From Asterias rubens (lineage: Eukaryota): DNA of 64,000 bases. The stretch covers positions 5,084,001 to 5,148,000 of the forward strand of contig NC_047078.1 in assembly GCF_902459465.1 (NCBI RefSeq), written 5' to 3'. The notes beneath the pieces are model-generated. The model ran no database searches. It was given only the letters and a program-made list of their open reading frames with translations, and was not told the origin of the DNA. Made by a program: the position numbers and the translations under genes. This document shows, one piece after another, positions 61,360-64,000 of this stretch (within the stretch, counting starts at the first letter, position 1; each line of letters begins with the position of its first letter).

Positions 61360-62296
61360 CTTTGGTAAAGGTCAAAGACAAGTCTTCTTACTCTTTGTAT
61401 CCCAACATAATATGCATATAATAACAAACCTGTGAAAATTTGAACTCAATTGGTCGTCTTTGGTTATTGTCAAAGACCAGTCTTCTCACTTGGTGTATCC
61501 CAACATAATTATGCATAAAATAAAAAACCTGTGAGCAATTGAACTCAGTTGGTTGTCGAAGTTGCGAGAGAATAATGAAAGAAAGAAAAACATCATCGAG
61601 GTCTCTTGATCAATTCAAATGTTTAAGTGAGAAATTACTTCTCTGAAAAAAACTACGTTACTTCAGAGGGAGCCATTTCTCACATTTACTTAATTCTATC
61701 AATATTTGTATAATTATTATAACTGGCTTCAATAATGGCTCTCTTGTTTTTGGCAGATGCGAGATCGTTCCATGCAGACACCGCAGCTAGTGTAGATCTT
61801 AATCTATCTGCGTCACCGCCTGCGTCACTAATCGACAACCACAAGGTTATACAACATTACGATAGTGGTAAGTATGTACGTTGGATGCAACACTATAAGT
61901 TTTATGCAGTTATATTTCTTGGTCTAAAAGACAGTGGACACTATTAGTAATTGTCAAAGACCAGTCTTCCCACTTGGTGTATCTCAACATAATATGAAAA
62001 TATTAAACTGGTCGTCGAAGTTGCGAGATAATAATGGCAGAAAAAAACATTTTCATACGAAGTTGTGTGCTTTCAGATGCTTGATTTCGGGACCTCAACA
62101 ATCTCTAATTCTGAGGTCTAGAAACAAAATTCAAATATTATTATTAGTGAAAAATTACTTGTTTCTCGAAAACTGCGTTTCTTCAGAGGGAGCCGTTTCT
62201 CATAATGTTTTATACTATCAACAGCTCTCTGTTGTTACCAAGTAAGTTTGTTTAATAACCATTATTTTGAGTAATTAACAATAGTGTCCATTGCCT
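61360..62296. mobile_element. Cluster of Kolobok-like MITE copies flanking the 61757 exon (full copy at ~61929-62296)
   Basis: agacagtggacactattagtaa ... caatagtgtccattgcct|TTAA, plus partial copies at 61360-61700. Confidence 0.7.
61757..61867 (+). CDS. IgSF gene 2 cytoplasmic exon (gene continues; stop not identified)
   Basis: Acceptor ttgtttttggcag, 111 nt, phase 1-1, donor G|gtaagt. DARSFHADTAASVDLNLSASPPASLIDNHKVIQHYDS. Confidence 0.65.
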
Positions 62297-63268
62297 TTAA
62301 CTCTACAATTCCAAACTGGAAAAAAAAACGAAAATGTGTTACTAATATTAAGGTCTAGTCGGTTGTCATTTCTCTCTCGAGGAAGTTGTAATTTAGCCTT
62401 TGGTTTCGCAACTAGTTCTAGCAAAAAGAATTGCGTGCAAGGATAAAGGTACAAACAACAGTCTTGTTGCTTACATTTAAATCAGATCTATGTTTCGTTG
62501 TTTTGTCTTTCACTTTTAAAACAAAAAGAAGGCCAGTGGCAGTTTCGGTAGCTTTTTTTTTGAACTCTCAATTTAAAAATACATTAATACATAAAAGAGT
62601 TATCTGAGAAGATGTATGCGAAAGTTCAAAATCCTTACACAGGAAACAGAATTTGTGACGTCTTTCATAAGTTTGCATTCTTAATATATTTTGCAGAATA
62701 AATAGTTCATGGCATGGGTTTCGAACCAGAAGAGTAGTTCTTCATTGTCTTATTGAGTATAGCACTGCTAGGGTCAAAACTTCATCCAATTCACCGTATG
62801 CATTTATTAAGTAGGCCTATAGTCATGTAACACTTTCTTTCTTTCTTTTTGGTGGGGGGGGGGGGGGGAGGTACGTAAACTGAAGCAAACACGGCGCACT
62901 GCATATAAACGTGCGCTAAAAAGACATGATTACTGTTGCAATTTTTTGCTCAAAAAGACTTAATTCTAGAGATCACAATGTCACAATATTCAACTTTTTA
63001 AAAAGAGCTCCATTAATTAGCGTATTTTGTTGAGAATACAGCCAATTATGGTCCATCTGTACGAGTCTTCCCATGCCTCTACGTTGTAGCTGTGTTTTTC
63101 TCCACCACTATAGGTCACGTGATCACATTATCCAAAAAAAATCCAAATCCCACGGGACAGACAGCGAACATTCATTGAAATCACCCATTTTGCAAGCCTC
63201 GGCGGGAAACTTTACATGCAACTTGCATAGCACCACCAAGAGTACCATTGGAAAGCAAATGTATAGAG

Positions 63269-63661
63269 GTGTCTAAATATAGCCACCCAAAACACGTGTA
63301 AACACTGAAAGGGGTTCAAAGGTCACCAAAGGCAAACCCTGTTTTATCAGTCGATGACATCTCTCATTCATAAATCCGCGTTGCGAGATTTAGTATGGCC
63401 ATGGTATGGCTCACAGTACGAGGAGTCTGTTTATCCATGCAGCGTGAGAGTCCGATCACCCGACCCGGTCTTGTTGCCATAGCTAGCTGGTATACGACAC
63501 GCACCATGTACCATACGACGACTGTGAGCCATACTAAATCTCGCAACGCGGATTTATTATGAATGAGAGATGTCATCGACTGATAAAACAGGGTTTGCCT
63601 TTGGTGACCTTTGAACCCCTTTCAGTGTTTACACGTGTTTTGGGTGGCTATATTTAGACAC
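63269..63661. mobile_element. Foldback element/MITE with ~130-145-bp near-perfect inverted arms
   Basis: gtgtctaaatatagccacccaaaacacgtg...gatttagtatggc mirrors gccatactaaatc...tatttagacac around a ~100-bp spacer. Confidence 0.85.
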
Positions 63662-64000
63662 GACATATCGCGGGTACAACCACCAACTATGACACACGTT
63701 TGGAACAGTGGAATGTTTATCGAAAGTTGGATAAACAGTGTCTAATTTTCATCATTGTTTCGTGGTTTTTCAAAGTTGAATTATTTCAAACCCAAATAAT
63801 TCTATTGGACCCTTTCGGTAAACAGTATTGTCCAAGGCCCACACTTCGTGTATCACAACTTCTATACAAAATAACACACCTGTAAAAATTTAGGCTCACG
63901 TCGGTCATCGGAGTCGGGAGAAAATGACGGGGAAAACCCACCCTTGTATCCGCACGTTTCGCCGTGTCATGACATGTGTTTAAAATAAATCCGTAACTCT

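Noticed and set aside
63042-63180. Candidate last exon of gene 2 (acceptor aatacag)
   Set aside because: The phase-1 translation is hydrophobic and unconvincing as a cytoplasmic tail, so the stop codon is left unassigned.

Overview
AT-rich, intron-containing animal genomic DNA. The repeat landscape suggests an echinoderm such as a sea star, but that is inference. The host content is two + strand immunoglobulin-superfamily type I membrane protein genes, reconstructed by hand from GT-AG exons with matching phases. Gene 1 (24053-32100) encodes a signal peptide, a V-like Ig domain lacking the F-strand Cys, a C2-type Ig domain, a TM helix and a short Tyr-free tail. Gene 2 (47789 to beyond 61867) encodes a signal peptide, two V-like Ig domains with extra Cys pairs, a TM helix and a longer Tyr-containing tail that is incomplete here; a relic Ig exon lies in its intron. 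Most of the rest is transposon-derived: a decayed EnSpm/CACTA element with a nested non-autonomous EnSpm that itself holds an L2 LINE; a decayed ISL2EU/Harbinger element; two TSD-flanked Sola3-like DDE elements with different deletions; L1/Tx1, L2 and CR1-like LINE fragments; a SINE; and many TTAA- or TAA-flanked MITEs. There are two copies of one Penelope-like element (PLE). The copy at 49626-53774 has an intact 899-aa RT + GIY-YIG ORF, an inverted 5' pseudo-LTR, a 13-bp TSD and variant hammerhead ribozyme motifs. It sits in sense orientation in a gene 2 intron, and its retained splice acceptor is in phase with the host donors. All coordinates were read by eye, and no database search was run.
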